A stretch of 64,000 nt of DNA from positions 170,764-234,763 of IMG/VR virus record IMGVR_UViG_3300029288_000055; one strand, given 5' to 3'. The translations under genes were made by a program, and so were the position numbers. Under the pieces are notes generated by a model. That model did no database searches, was not told where the DNA came from, and was given only the letters and a program-made list of their open reading frames with translations. Positions 30,032 to 39,195 of this stretch are shown here, piece after piece. Each line of letters starts with the position of its first letter. Positions within the stretch are counted from its first letter, which is position 1. The DNA is from a virus. Its lineage: Duplodnaviria; Heunggongvirae; Uroviricota; Caudoviricetes.

Positions 30032-30634
30032 ATGAATATGAATGAAAATATTATATATGGTTTAAAAGACCCAAGGACTGATGAATATAAGTATGTTGGT
30101 AAATCAATAAAAGGAATCGAAAGAGCAAACTCACACTTAACACATTCTCATAATCCATTGGTTAATGAGTGGATTAATGAACTTAAAATGGATAGTTATG
30201 TTCCACTTGTTGTTATTTTGGAAAATGTTTCTGATTGGACACAATTGATCGATAAAGAAAAATATTGGGTCGGGAAATTAACCGATGAAGAACACGATTT
30301 ATTTAACATTTTAATTACAGATTCATATAACAATACGCTGGATTCCTATAATAAGAAATTGATACAACAAATAAAAGATAGGGAAAAAGTGTTAAATGAA
30401 AAGTTAAATAAATCATTAATGCAATTCGGTAGTGAATCAGATGTTGGTGATTTAATAAAAAGAAGACGTAAAACTCTAAAAGTAACACAACAACAACTTG
30501 CAGATATTTCTGGGGTTGGGTTACGAACAATAAAACTAATTGAATTAAACAAATCAAATGCGACTATTAATACTTTAATGAAAATATTTGATACTTTAGG
30601 TTATGAACTTTTCATTAACTTAAAAACAAAATAA
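30032..30634 (+). CDS. GIY-YIG-like endonuclease fused to an XRE-type HTH
   Basis: IIYGLKDPRTDEYKYVGKS...R..H...EKYW; C-terminal TQQQLADISGVGLRTIKLIE. Confidence 0.7.
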   Translation: MNMNENIIYGLKDPRTDEYKYVGKSIKGIERANSHLTHSHNPLVNEWINELKMDSYVPLVVILENVSDWTQLIDKEKYWVGKLTDEEHDLFNILITDSYNNTLDSYNKKLIQQIKDREKVLNEKLNKSLMQFGSESDVGDLIKRRRKTLKVTQQQLADISGVGLRTIKLIELNKSNATINTLMKIFDTLGYELFINLKTK

Positions 30635-30637
30635 TAT

Positions 30638-30720
30638 GCTGCGTTATACAAGCGACTAAAGTAGACAGACCTTCAATCTGTCATCGAAAGATTTCGTGGG
30701 TTTGAATCCCACACGCAGTA
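30638..30720 (+). tRNA. tRNA-Glu(TTC), C33, long variable arm
   Basis: gctgcgt/acgcagt, acaga-ccttcaa-tctgt, variant T loop tttgaat. Confidence 0.7.
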
Positions 30721-30817
30721 CGATGTTGAGGTGGTATTACACGGGGAAAAGAAAGTCCCTGCTGATAATCTAAAAAATGTGGACAGCATGTGGGTATAAA
30801 TCCCGCCAACTACACCT

Positions 30818-30889
30818 GCTCGATTCTTCTAATGGAAAGGAAAGCTGACTCTCAATCAGTTAACGGCAGTTCGATTCTGCCATCGAGTA
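30818..30889 (+). tRNA. tRNA-Glu(CTC)
   Basis: gctcgat/atcgagt, gctga-ctctcaa-tcagt. Confidence 0.85.
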
Positions 30890-30894
30890 CAAAT

Positions 30895-30969
30895 GCTCGG
30901 TTCGTCTAAGGGTTAGGATGTAAGACCTTCAATCTTAAAATACGGGTTCGATTCCCGTACCGAGTACCA
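30895..30969 (+). tRNA. tRNA-Glu(TTC), C33
   Basis: gctcggt/accgagt, taaga-ccttcaa-tctta, CCA. Confidence 0.85.
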
Positions 30970-31084
30970 AAATGGGGCATAAAAACCCCAGATGTTAAGT
31001 AAATGGGGAAAATATGCCCCATACTACAAAAATGTAGTATATTATCAACAAAAATGCCAGTTATGATGATAATATACAACAAAT

Positions 31085-31173
31085 GCACTTTTAGCTCAGT
31101 CTGGTTCAGAGCGCAACCCTTACAAGGTTGAGGCGAATAGTTCACGGGGGTTCGAATCCCTCAAAGTGCACCA
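31085..31173 (+). tRNA. tRNA-Val(TAC), long variable region
   Basis: gcacttt/aaagtgc, caacc-cttacaa-ggttg, CCA. Confidence 0.85.
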
Positions 31174-31175
31174 AT

Positions 31176-31251
31176 GCTCTTTTAGCTCAGTTGGGTCAGT
31201 AGCGTCTGTTTTACAAGCAGAAGGTCGTAGGTTCGAAGCCTACAGGGAGCA
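31176..31251 (+). tRNA. tRNA-Val(TAC)
   Basis: gctcttt/agggagc, tctgt-tttacaa-gcaga. Confidence 0.87.
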
Positions 31252-31363
31252 CAAAGGTCCGCACACAGGGGCGGACCTTAAATATAGGTAAAATAACCGA
31301 TATAATGCATTTATCGGTTGTAGAGGCGATAAAGAGTATTTATCGTGTGTAGAATGCATAAAC

Positions 31364-31445
31364 GTCCATATGTTGTAATTGGTAGCCAAGCTGGTCTAAG
31401 AAGCCAGTGCCGTAAGGCGTGTCGGTTCGACTCCGACTATGGACA
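31364..31445 (+). tRNA. tRNA-Leu(AAG)
   Basis: gtccata/tatggac, ctggt-ctaagaa-gccag, variable arm gcc-gtaa-ggc, A73. Confidence 0.85.
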
Positions 31446-31454
31446 CAACAAAAC

Positions 31455-31529
31455 GCAGGTGTAGCCGAATGGTCAAGAGGCAGCAGTTTTAGAAACTGAA
31501 ATTTGCGGGTTCGACTCCCGCCACCTGTA
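31455..31529 (+). tRNA. tRNA-Leu(TAG), short variable loop
   Basis: gcaggtg/cacctgt, cagt-tttagaa-actg. Confidence 0.8.
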
Positions 31530-31594
31530 CAAACGTTCTCTTTGAGTAGTAATATTCATTAAATTTGGTAGCAATATCAAGTAGGGAACACCAA

Positions 31595-31670
31595 GCGGAT
31601 GTGCTGGAACTGGTATACGGGTTGGCTTCAGACACCAATATTAATGAGGGTTCGAGTCCCTTCATCCGCA
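31595..31670 (+). tRNA. tRNA-Leu(CAG), short variable loop
   Basis: gcggatg/catccgc, Leu-type D loop, ttggc-ttcagac-accaa. Confidence 0.75.
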
Positions 31671-31748
31671 CCGACCTTATTCTGGATAACGAAGCAAATA
31701 GTTCCAGACACTCAGTCCTGAAGTCATGGTTCAGGAGTAAGGACAACT

Positions 31749-31821
31749 GCCCCGTTGACGTAATCGGCAACCGTATCAGTCTTAAAAGCTGAGTTTCACA
31801 GTTCGAATCTGTGACGGGGTA
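31749..31821 (+). tRNA. tRNA-Leu(TAA), short variable loop
   Basis: gccccgt/acggggt, tcagt-cttaaaa-gctga. Confidence 0.8.
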
Positions 31822-31956
31822 CAAAGGTGAATGCTGTTACTTATTTGCAGTAGTAACACCACCTGTGCCGAATAACTTGTAGAGAGGAAAGTAGTACTTT
31901 TCAATACTTTGTGGATTGCAAATATACATTGGTTGAGTTATTAAAAAGGCACACAC

Positions 31957-32026
31957 GGGCGTAAGAGTAATTCTCTGTAAGTCGGGTTGATCACCGAAGT
32001 AGGTTAAAATCCTACTACGTTCACCA
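31957..32026 (+). pseudogene. degenerate tRNA-like element
   Basis: gggcgta/tacgttc acceptor plus ACCA; gtagg-ttaaaat-cctac T-like arm; irregular anticodon arm. Confidence 0.45.
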
Positions 32027-32027
32027 C

Positions 32028-32101
32028 GGGGTCGTGGCTCAATTGGCTAAAGCATCTGCCTTGCACGCAGAGGACTGTGGGTTCGAGTCCCACCGACTCC
32101 A
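32028..32101 (+). tRNA. tRNA-Ala(TGC)
   Basis: G3:U70, tctgc-cttgcac-gcaga. Confidence 0.92.
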
Positions 32102-32138
32102 CAAACAAAGGTCCGCAAATATTTGCGGACCTTTACTT

Positions 32139-32212
32139 GGGGCATTCGCTTAGTTGGCTAAAGCATCTGTTTTGCAAGCAGAAGATCGTGGGTTCAACTC
32201 CCACATGCTCCA
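32139..32212 (+). tRNA. tRNA-Ala(TGC)
   Basis: G3:U70, tctgt-tttgcaa-gcaga. Confidence 0.9.
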
Positions 32213-32329
32213 CACAATCCATAATAATAAGGCAAGTAACAAATCTTGTGTTCGTGGGAACAACATGTCCGTGCGTGCGCAGGGATAAATTGGTTGATGC
32301 TCCAATCGTGCCCACGAAGGGTTGCACTT

Positions 32330-32416
32330 GTAGGTGTATTCCGTAATGGCGAAATTGGTTATGTCATCCATGTAACAAGGGTTGGAATGTTAGAGGTTCG
32401 AGTCCTTTCATCTACA
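32330..32416 (+). pseudogene. degenerate tRNA-like element
   Basis: gtaggtg/catctac acceptor, agagg-ttcgagt-ccttt T arm, anticodon unclear. Confidence 0.45.
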
Positions 32417-32422
32417 CAAACA

Positions 32423-32501
32423 ACGGATTTAACATAGTGGCAAGTGTTGCACCTTAAGTCCTGCGTGGCTGGTAACGGTGGTTCGATTCCATCAATCTGT
32501 T
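32423..32501 (+). pseudogene. degenerate tRNA-like element
   Basis: acggatt/aatctgt acceptor, D stem acat/gtgt, T arm ggtgg-ttcgatt-ccatc, weak anticodon stem. Confidence 0.5.
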
Positions 32502-32510
32502 GTTAAAAAT

Positions 32511-32593
32511 ACGCAAGTTGCCGAGTGGTTAAAGGCACGGGTCTCCAAAACCCGCAGAGAAATCTTTCGTGGGTCCAAATCCTACCTTGCGTG
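32511..32593 (+). tRNA. tRNA-Trp(CCA), long variable arm
   Basis: acgcaag/cttgcgt, cgggt-ctccaaa-acccg, G73. Confidence 0.75.
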
Positions 32594-32604
32594 CAAATTA
32601 AAAT

Positions 32605-32676
32605 GCGTCTGTCGTCTAATGGCTAAGACAACGGCTTCCAAACCCGTGAATAAGGTTTCGATTACTTTCAGACGTG
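32605..32676 (+). tRNA. tRNA-Trp(CCA)
   Basis: gcgtctg/cagacgt, loop ttccaaa, G73. Confidence 0.78.
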
Positions 32677-32727
32677 CTAAAATCAGATAATTATGAAAAC
32701 GCAAAAAGCAATGTGCATCCTAAAAGG

Positions 32728-33144
32728 ATGCTTACCAGAGAAGAAAAAAGACGTAGAAGACATAGTGATGAATTCAACAGAATTTTCACATTTTTCTTAA
32801 AGTCTTATCGCTACAAAATACTTGATTTTTCAGGTATTGAAGTGAAAACAAATATGGACATTAATGAAGACGATGGTAAAGTCTGTTTCAAAAATTTTGA
32901 CAACGGTGAATACAAAAGCATGAATTCAATGCCAACCAGACATCCAAACATATTGAAGGGTGTAATTGTTGGAAAAAAATCATGGGGTTTACATGTAAAG
33001 ATGTGGTCTGAAGGTATCTCCGAAGGTACATTTACCAAAAGAGAAATCTTACAACAATTTATAGATAATAAGATTGAAATACCAGAGCCATTTCTAATTG
33101 ATCTTGATAACACAATATTAAAGAAATTTCGAATGAAGCAATAG
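32728..33144 (+). CDS. hypothetical protein
   Basis: ORF; ATG chosen downstream of the tRNA. Confidence 0.45.
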   Translation: MLTREEKRRRRHSDEFNRIFTFFLKSYRYKILDFSGIEVKTNMDINEDDGKVCFKNFDNGEYKSMNSMPTRHPNILKGVIVGKKSWGLHVKMWSEGISEGTFTKREILQQFIDNKIEIPEPFLIDLDNTILKKFRMKQ

Positions 33145-33613
33145 TAAAAATCGCAGGTATGTACTGCAGGTTGGCGTTCTATCCAAAAGAACTAAAAGCA
33201 CAATTACCACTGAGGGCAGTTAATTCTGTACCCAAGAGCAATATCAGTTAGCAGTACACTATTGTTTCAAAAAATTAGAATATTTTGTAACTTTTTGGTT
33301 TTTTCTTCGTATAAAGAGTATTAATTTAATAAGAAAGGAGCAAGTCTTCAAAACACGAATTAAATACAGAGGATGTTGGTGGTGGAAAATTGTACATTAC
33401 AATTATTTTCATAAGAAACTTTTTAAAAATTTTTATGTACAAAAGAAAAAGAAACCATTTACCAATAGAGAAATTAAAAAATATGAACTATATAAAAAAT
33501 TCGATGATTTAATTACATTGAGACGAGTGGATTGGTTAAGAAAGTTTATATTTCTCATTGAGCCATAAATTTTCAGTATTTATTTGTAACATTTTTAATT
33601 AAAAATTATAATA

Positions 33614-34006
33614 ATGAAAAAAATATTATCATTACTTTTATTACTGGTATCCTTGACAGCTTTTTCACAGAGACATCAACACGAAAAATACTATCAGGAT
33701 AAGTTTGCTGAATTAATTTATGGAAGAACAGAAGTTGTTCTTGATGACAGGGCACGTGTTGATATTGTAACTGATACATTTGCAATTGAAGTTGATTTTG
33801 CACCTAAATGGGCAGAAAGTATCGGTCAATCTTTGTATTATGCTGAAAAACTTCACAAAAAAGCAGGTGTTTTATTGATAATAAAAGGAAATGACGATCA
33901 AAGATATACTGAAAGATTAATTACTATCGCAAAAAAATATAATATTACTATTTGGTTTATAGACTATACATCTGAAAAATGGAAGACGAAAAAATTTATA
34001 TTTTAA
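33614..34006 (+). CDS. signal-peptide protein with PD-(D/E)XK-like fold
   Basis: MKKILSLLLLLVSLTAFSQ; RVDIVTDTFAIEVDFAPKWAESIGQSLYYA. Confidence 0.55.
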   Translation: MKKILSLLLLLVSLTAFSQRHQHEKYYQDKFAELIYGRTEVVLDDRARVDIVTDTFAIEVDFAPKWAESIGQSLYYAEKLHKKAGVLLIIKGNDDQRYTERLITIAKKYNITIWFIDYTSEKWKTKKFIF

Positions 34007-34047
34007 TTGTTGTTTTTCTCATTGTAATATATTAAATTTGAGGCATT

Positions 34048-34761
34048 ATGTATATCATTGCAAAGAAAAAGGATTATTATGATGGTGTCGTTGGCACAAT
34101 GGGTGTTGACAAAACATTGGTCTATGAGCGTGAAACTCAAGAATTTGAAGGTGATGACATACCCGTAATATTTGAAAGAAAAAGAGGTTATTGGGGTATG
34201 AATCGTACAAAAACTCCTTTTCATCAAATGAATTATCATCAAATAAAAAAAGAATTTCGAAATGTTTGTGACGAGCACTCATATTTCATTATTGGATTTT
34301 GTGGCAAACTCTACATTGGTTGGAAACTTTACAGAGTAATAAATTCAAATGATGAAGTCAGCACAGAATTCACATATGATAATGAATATATGAAGAAAAT
34401 CTTAGAAGATAAAAGCTGGGATGGTACTCTTAGTGATAGCATTAACTACGTTCAGTCATTTAATGCACTTCAGATTTTTAGGGATTTAAAAAGTCCAGCT
34501 TTTGTGTATGACAGCGATTACGGTAGAACAAAACGTAATAATAATCATCATTCGAAATTCATTATCAATCCATTGTTGAAAAACTATGAATTTTTCAAGA
34601 TGTTTGACAGTTTTCAAGCATTTCAGGAAGTTTCGATGTTTATAGGTGGAGTACTTGGTAAAGGTGAAAAAGAAATAACTGAAGTTGCTGATAAATATAA
34701 GATTACACAACATGGTTTTAATAAATGGTCATTCAGAAAAGAACCAAAAATAAAGAAATAA
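34048..34761 (+). CDS. hypothetical phage protein
   Basis: 237 aa ORF, KDYYD...HGFNKWSFRK. Confidence 0.55.
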   Translation: MYIIAKKKDYYDGVVGTMGVDKTLVYERETQEFEGDDIPVIFERKRGYWGMNRTKTPFHQMNYHQIKKEFRNVCDEHSYFIIGFCGKLYIGWKLYRVINSNDEVSTEFTYDNEYMKKILEDKSWDGTLSDSINYVQSFNALQIFRDLKSPAFVYDSDYGRTKRNNNHHSKFIINPLLKNYEFFKMFDSFQAFQEVSMFIGGVLGKGEKEITEVADKYKITQHGFNKWSFRKEPKIKK

Positions 34762-34762
34762 T

Positions 34763-36155
34763 TATGAGAAAAGAAAATAGAGATGCATTAATTGAGGCAT
34801 TGCAAACACATTTGGATACCAGAGATAAAAGGTTTATGTTTTTGAAAATAGAATTTAAAGATTTTGTTTCTCGAATAAACCTTGAAGGTTCTGCACATGA
34901 TACTGCTTGGAATATTTATTCTGAATTTGAAAAGAATCAAATGTTGGGTTCTTTAATGGCATGTATAAACCATGTTTTCGATACTGAATTATATTTGGAT
35001 ATTATTAAAAAACGAAACGTATGAAAGTAAAAATTGGTGATAAAATCGTTGATGCTGAAAATGAACCAATTATGTTGATTTTCAGTGATGAAAAAGAAAG
35101 AAAAGCAGTAGCTAAAAACATAAAAGATATGGCAACTCAAGCATTAAAATACTGTACATTTCCAAATGAAATGCTCGCAGCAGATGTGGTAAAATTTATG
35201 AAAACAGAATGAAAAAATCAATTGCAGAAAAATATAAAGACAGAAAGGTTAATCCAAAGTACTATCAGACAATTAAAATAAGTGGTGGTATAGAAGGCGA
35301 ACCAAAAACACTAACCAGAAAAGAGTTTCAAGAGGGTAAACAGGGTATAGTTTGGGCAGACAATGAAACAGGTAAACTCGTGTTTGAAGATGAAGAAAAA
35401 CCAATTGGATTAATAGAAGGCATAAGGCAATATGAAGCCAACAAGCCACCAGTAAGACTTGAATCAGAACTTAATAAGGCATATAAAGGACAAAACAATA
35501 TGACAATATATGGTGGCTTTGAGTTCATTGAAAAATTAAGAAAATTGTTACCAAAGAAATATTTTAAATAACATGACAAATTCAGGTGAAGATATGAAAA
35601 AGATGCTGGAAAGAATACAGCGTGAACAAACAGAAAGAATGAAAAAAATTAATGAAAGGGTTTGTGGTTCAGTAAAAAATCCTTACGTACCCACTACAAC
35701 AGCTTCTTTTCTCAATCCACAAAGAAATTCAAATGATATGTTTGAGCAACTGGCAAAAGAAAATAAAAAATTAACAGAAGAAAAAATTAAATTGAACCTT
35801 AAAATATTACAATTGGAAAAAGAAAAATATGAACTTATGGAAAATTACGCAAAACTTAAGTCATATATTGAAGCCAATAAAGGTCAATTTTGGACTGATT
35901 TAAATAAAAACATTAAAAGTATTTATCAAAGAATAATTAACTGGTTTAATACCTGACAGTATGAAAAGGTTTAATGTAGCAAAATTTGAAATCGAAGAAC
36001 GATTGGCACATATAGATTATACTGGTGATATTTCTGATATTGGCAACGAAATTGGTATTATTATTGGTAAATATATTGACAAAGAAAACACTGTTGAAGA
36101 TTTTATTCGTGGTTTAAAACACGGAATATCATTAACTGATGGCACACACGCTTAA
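34763..36155 (+). other. run of five small hypothetical CDSs (34763, 35021, 35209, 35573, 35961)
   Basis: Tightly coupled or overlapping ORFs on the + strand. Confidence 0.55.
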
Positions 36156-36219
36156 GGTCAAAATTTAAATAAACATTAAATAATTAATTTTTTAATGTTT
36201 GTGGTTCTTTAAAAATATC

Positions 36220-36583
36220 GGGGATGACTTGGCTTTGACTGAATGGTCAGACTGGTAACGTAAGCAAGTAGTAGTTGAATCAGACTACTTTAAAAAGGTT
36301 CAAAACAATAGATGAAGACATAATGTCTATCCCAACTTCTCTCACGAGAGGTAAAAGCGTTTTTGTAAGAAGTGCAGAACTTCAAATCGCTGCGTAAGCA
36401 AGGGACACGAAAAAATTTGCACAAAAGTTCCTAACTTGAAGGGAAGGTAAACAAATTCAAGACAGTTTTGTAGTTATTCTGGAATAATACAACTAATATT
36501 TCGCTGGCTTAGAAAAACCAGATAAACTTGTAGAAAACTTATTACTCGCATTCAAGACGGGGGTTCAACTCCCCCCATCTCCA
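36220..36583 (+). ncRNA. ssrA: tmRNA
   Basis: 5' GGGGATGACTTGGCTTTGAC, 3' GACGGGGGTTCAACTCCCCCCATCTCCA, G3:U70, internal tag ORF ending ...LQIAA-stop at 36397. Confidence 0.92.
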
Positions 36584-36598
36584 CTAATTTGAATTATT

Positions 36599-37021
36599 AT
36601 GGAAAATTATAATTGGGAAAAAACTGGTATGTTAGAAGGATTAACGGGTAATACTCGTGAAACCGTTATAAAACTTTTTAAAGAAATTGACTTCAAATCA
36701 ATACCAGAAATTAAAGATTCTGTTGGTGTAGACACACTCATTTGTCCAGTAATAAGACGAATAGTTTCAGTAATCACGCCTGATAATTTACTGGTTCAAA
36801 ACAGTATCATTAAAGATCATTCAAGAGAAATTACAGAAGAAGACGTGCTTCCATTGATTGATGTAAAAGAAATAACAGAACTATTGATTGAATATGTTCG
36901 TGTTTTTATTCCATACGCAGAAAAATATTTACCAGACCTTGACGCACAAGCGGAAATGTGCTTATTGTTTTGTGATAATTATGTAATGAAACTGATTGGT
37001 AGAACTGGAAAATGGAAATAA
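36599..37021 (+). CDS. small paralog of the major capsid N-terminal region
   Basis: NWEKTGMLEGLTGNTRE...CPVIRRI versus MCP RWEKIGLLEGLEGNVKE...FPVIRRV. Confidence 0.7.
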   Translation: MENYNWEKTGMLEGLTGNTRETVIKLFKEIDFKSIPEIKDSVGVDTLICPVIRRIVSVITPDNLLVQNSIIKDHSREITEEDVLPLIDVKEITELLIEYVRVFIPYAEKYLPDLDAQAEMCLLFCDNYVMKLIGRTGKWK

Positions 37022-37023
37022 TT

Positions 37024-37454
37024 ATGAAAGAGAATCAATATCAAAAATCAGAAAGATTACTTAAAAAATGGTTTGATTCTGATGATGCTAAAATCTATTT
37101 TGAAAAAGAACGAAAAAACAAGAGTTTAAGCTCAAACGTTTTGCTCGTTTTGAAAAGTGGCTGGAAAATAATGATTTTGAAGCACTAATGTATCGTTTAA
37201 TTCTTGAACATGGTGAAAATTATCGTGAAAAATGTTATCATAAAGGTTATGAACCATACCCAAACAATAAATTATCATTTCTTATTGATTATGTATCAGA
37301 AAGTCTTGAACCAATAAGTGTACCACAACTTGAAAATATGTTTGGAACAAGTATTTGGTTTTTTAAAGGATATTATTTTAGGCTTATGTACGGACAGGGA
37401 ACTGTTTTTGATTTATATAATGGTGGCGATTTTAAACATTTATTAAGCGCATGA
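37024..37454 (+). CDS. hypothetical protein, apparently split by a -1 frameshift near 37113-37118
   Basis: Frame starting at 37024 continues plausibly into the frame of ORF 37188 if one A is added to the A6 tract. Confidence 0.35.
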
Positions 37455-37759
37455 CAACTTACAATAAACTGGTTAGAGACAAGATACTTAAAATAATTAA
37501 AAAGTCTGGTTCAGGTTATAAGTATCATATAGCAAAAGACGACACAGAATTTCTTGAAAAACTTTATGAAAAACTTCAGGAAGAAATTACTGAATTTAAA
37601 GAAAAACCAAGTGTAGATGAATTTGTAGATATGTTAGAAGTATTGGAAGCTATAGCAAAATATTATAAATTTAAATTGAATGATATTAAAACTATAAAAA
37701 CCAAGAAAAAAATAGATCGTGGTGGATTTAATAACAGAATAATACTTGAAGAATCATGA
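37451..37759 (+). CDS. MazG-like/PRA-PH-like NTP pyrophosphohydrolase
   Basis: YNKLVRDKI, KLQEEITEF, EFVDMLEV, KKIDRGGF. Confidence 0.75.
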   Translation: MTTYNKLVRDKILKIIKKSGSGYKYHIAKDDTEFLEKLYEKLQEEITEFKEKPSVDEFVDMLEVLEAIAKYYKFKLNDIKTIKTKKKIDRGGFNNRIILEES

Positions 37760-37921
37760 CAACAACAGAAAAAATTATTACCGTAGTACTTGAAGAAGTA
37801 AATGGCTACACTAAAGAAGAAGCAGAAAAATATGCAAAAGATTGTGAAGGAAGTATTACGTGGGAAAGAATTGATGCAATTGTAAATAAAGCAATTAAGG
37901 AAGCAAAAAAGAAATAACAAT

Positions 37922-38007
37922 GGCGTAGTGATGGAACTGGTAGACATGTAGGTCTTAAAAACCTATGGGCAGTAATGTCCGTGTGGGTTCGACTCCCATC
38001 TTCGCTA
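37922..38007 (+). tRNA. tRNA-Leu(TAA)
   Basis: taggt-cttaaaa-accta, long variable arm, A73. Confidence 0.88.
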
Positions 38008-38029
38008 CTATTTATATAAAAATAAAATC

Positions 38030-38490
38030 ATGAAAAAATCAAGCATACCTATTGATATTCTTTATGAAGAATGTCTTAAAGCAGTAAGAAAAGAAATTCG
38101 AAAGGATTGCTATCAGGAAGCAAAAGAAATTATTCGATTGGCTTCGGATGAAGATCGTAAAGAATTTCTTAAATATTTCAAAGAAGACAAAGGCAATATT
38201 TGTTGTTTAGTTCTTGATAGAATAAAACGTGATCTAATTACTGCAGGAAAACTTGAAGCAAATGATAATGATAATTTCGGTAAACCACTTATGTTATGAG
38301 TATATTGTTTAGAAATTGGCTGGAAGAAGGATATTATGAAGAAGATTCTTGGGGTAATCTAACACGAATAGAAGACCCTGACAGAATTTTTCAGGCACAA
38401 AAAGAAGGAACACTATATCATAATGATGGTATGGCAACCACTCAAGTATATTTGGGTGATAAACTTGATTTAAATGGCGAAAGTGATTAA
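38030..38490 (+). other. two small hypothetical CDSs (38030-38299, 38296-38490)
   Basis: Overlapping ATGA coupling. Confidence 0.5.
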
Positions 38491-38603
38491 GGGTAAAAAG
38501 CCAATACCGCAAGAAGATGATTGTCATTGTGGCAACCCTCTTAGAGTAAATGACCCTGCAAGAAAAAAAATTATCAGGGTCATAAAGAAAAAATGATTTA
38601 CCC

Positions 38604-38685
38604 CCTCATGTGGTGGAACTGGTAGACACGCACGCCTCAAAAGCGTGTGCCGTAAGGCATGTCGGTTCGAGTCCGACCATGAGGA
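38604..38685 (+). tRNA. tRNA-Leu(CAA)
   Basis: cctcatg/catgagg, cacgc-ctcaaaa-gcgtg, long variable arm. Confidence 0.92.
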
Positions 38686-38725
38686 CAATTGAATAATTAT
38701 GAGTATTTATTTAAAACTGTAAACT

Positions 38726-38780
38726 ATGAAAAGACCTTGGATGTATTTCTTGTAACTTGCTCTAATGCGAGTACAAGAAA
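38726..38780 (+). promoter_or_regulatory. micro-uORF MKRPWMYFL with a hairpin occluding the next start
   Basis: uORF 38726-38755; stem tttcttgta-a-cttgc/gcgag-tacaagaaa ends immediately before ATG 38781. Confidence 0.5.
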
Positions 38781-39077
38781 ATGAAAGCAAAATCAATTGA
38801 ACAAACATCCACAAATCGTGGAGAATTTAATCGTGCATACAAGCACTATTTAGAAAAAAAAGGCAAGATTCACTGTTCATATTGTGCTTATCACCGTTGT
38901 GAAAACGGTTGCGGGACAAAAATGTACGGTAGTATTGGTAGTGAAAGAATGAGATATCCTAACTGGAAACTTGTTTCAAAGCAACCAAAACAGTGGATGG
39001 AAAAACCCATCAAAAAAAGAGTTAAATATTATGGTGGGTATCAAAGAACATATGTTGAGATTACATTCTCAACATAA
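38781..39077 (+). CDS. small basic protein with CxxCxxHxC motif
   Basis: HCSYCAYHRCEN. Confidence 0.55.
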   Translation: MKAKSIEQTSTNRGEFNRAYKHYLEKKGKIHCSYCAYHRCENGCGTKMYGSIGSERMRYPNWKLVSKQPKQWMEKPIKKRVKYYGGYQRTYVEITFST

Positions 39078-39080
39078 TAT

Positions 39081-39152
39081 TGCGACTTGGTATAATGGTT
39101 AGAACGTCTCTCTCATAAGGAGCAGATACCGGTTCGATTCTGGTAGTCGCAA
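39081..39152 (+). tRNA. tRNA-Met(CAT); Ile2 not excluded
   Basis: tgcgact/agtcgca, loop ctcataa. Confidence 0.8.
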
Positions 39153-39153
39153 C

Positions 39154-39182
39154 AAAAAAACCTGTCGAATTCGACAGGTTTA
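39154..39182. terminator. probable bidirectional terminator ending the + strand block
   Basis: aaaacctgtcg-aatt-cgacaggttt between convergent genes. Confidence 0.65.
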
Positions 39183-39195
39183 AATTTCCAACATG

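Noticed and set aside
30638-31670. Reading loops ccttcaa or cttcaga as TCA (opal/Sec) anticodons
   Set aside because: The stem register centres TTC (Glu) and CAG (Leu); shifting it breaks the anticodon stem.
32605-32676. Calling this tRNA Gly(TCC)
   Set aside because: The stem register gives loop ttccaaa (CCA), and G73 fits Trp.
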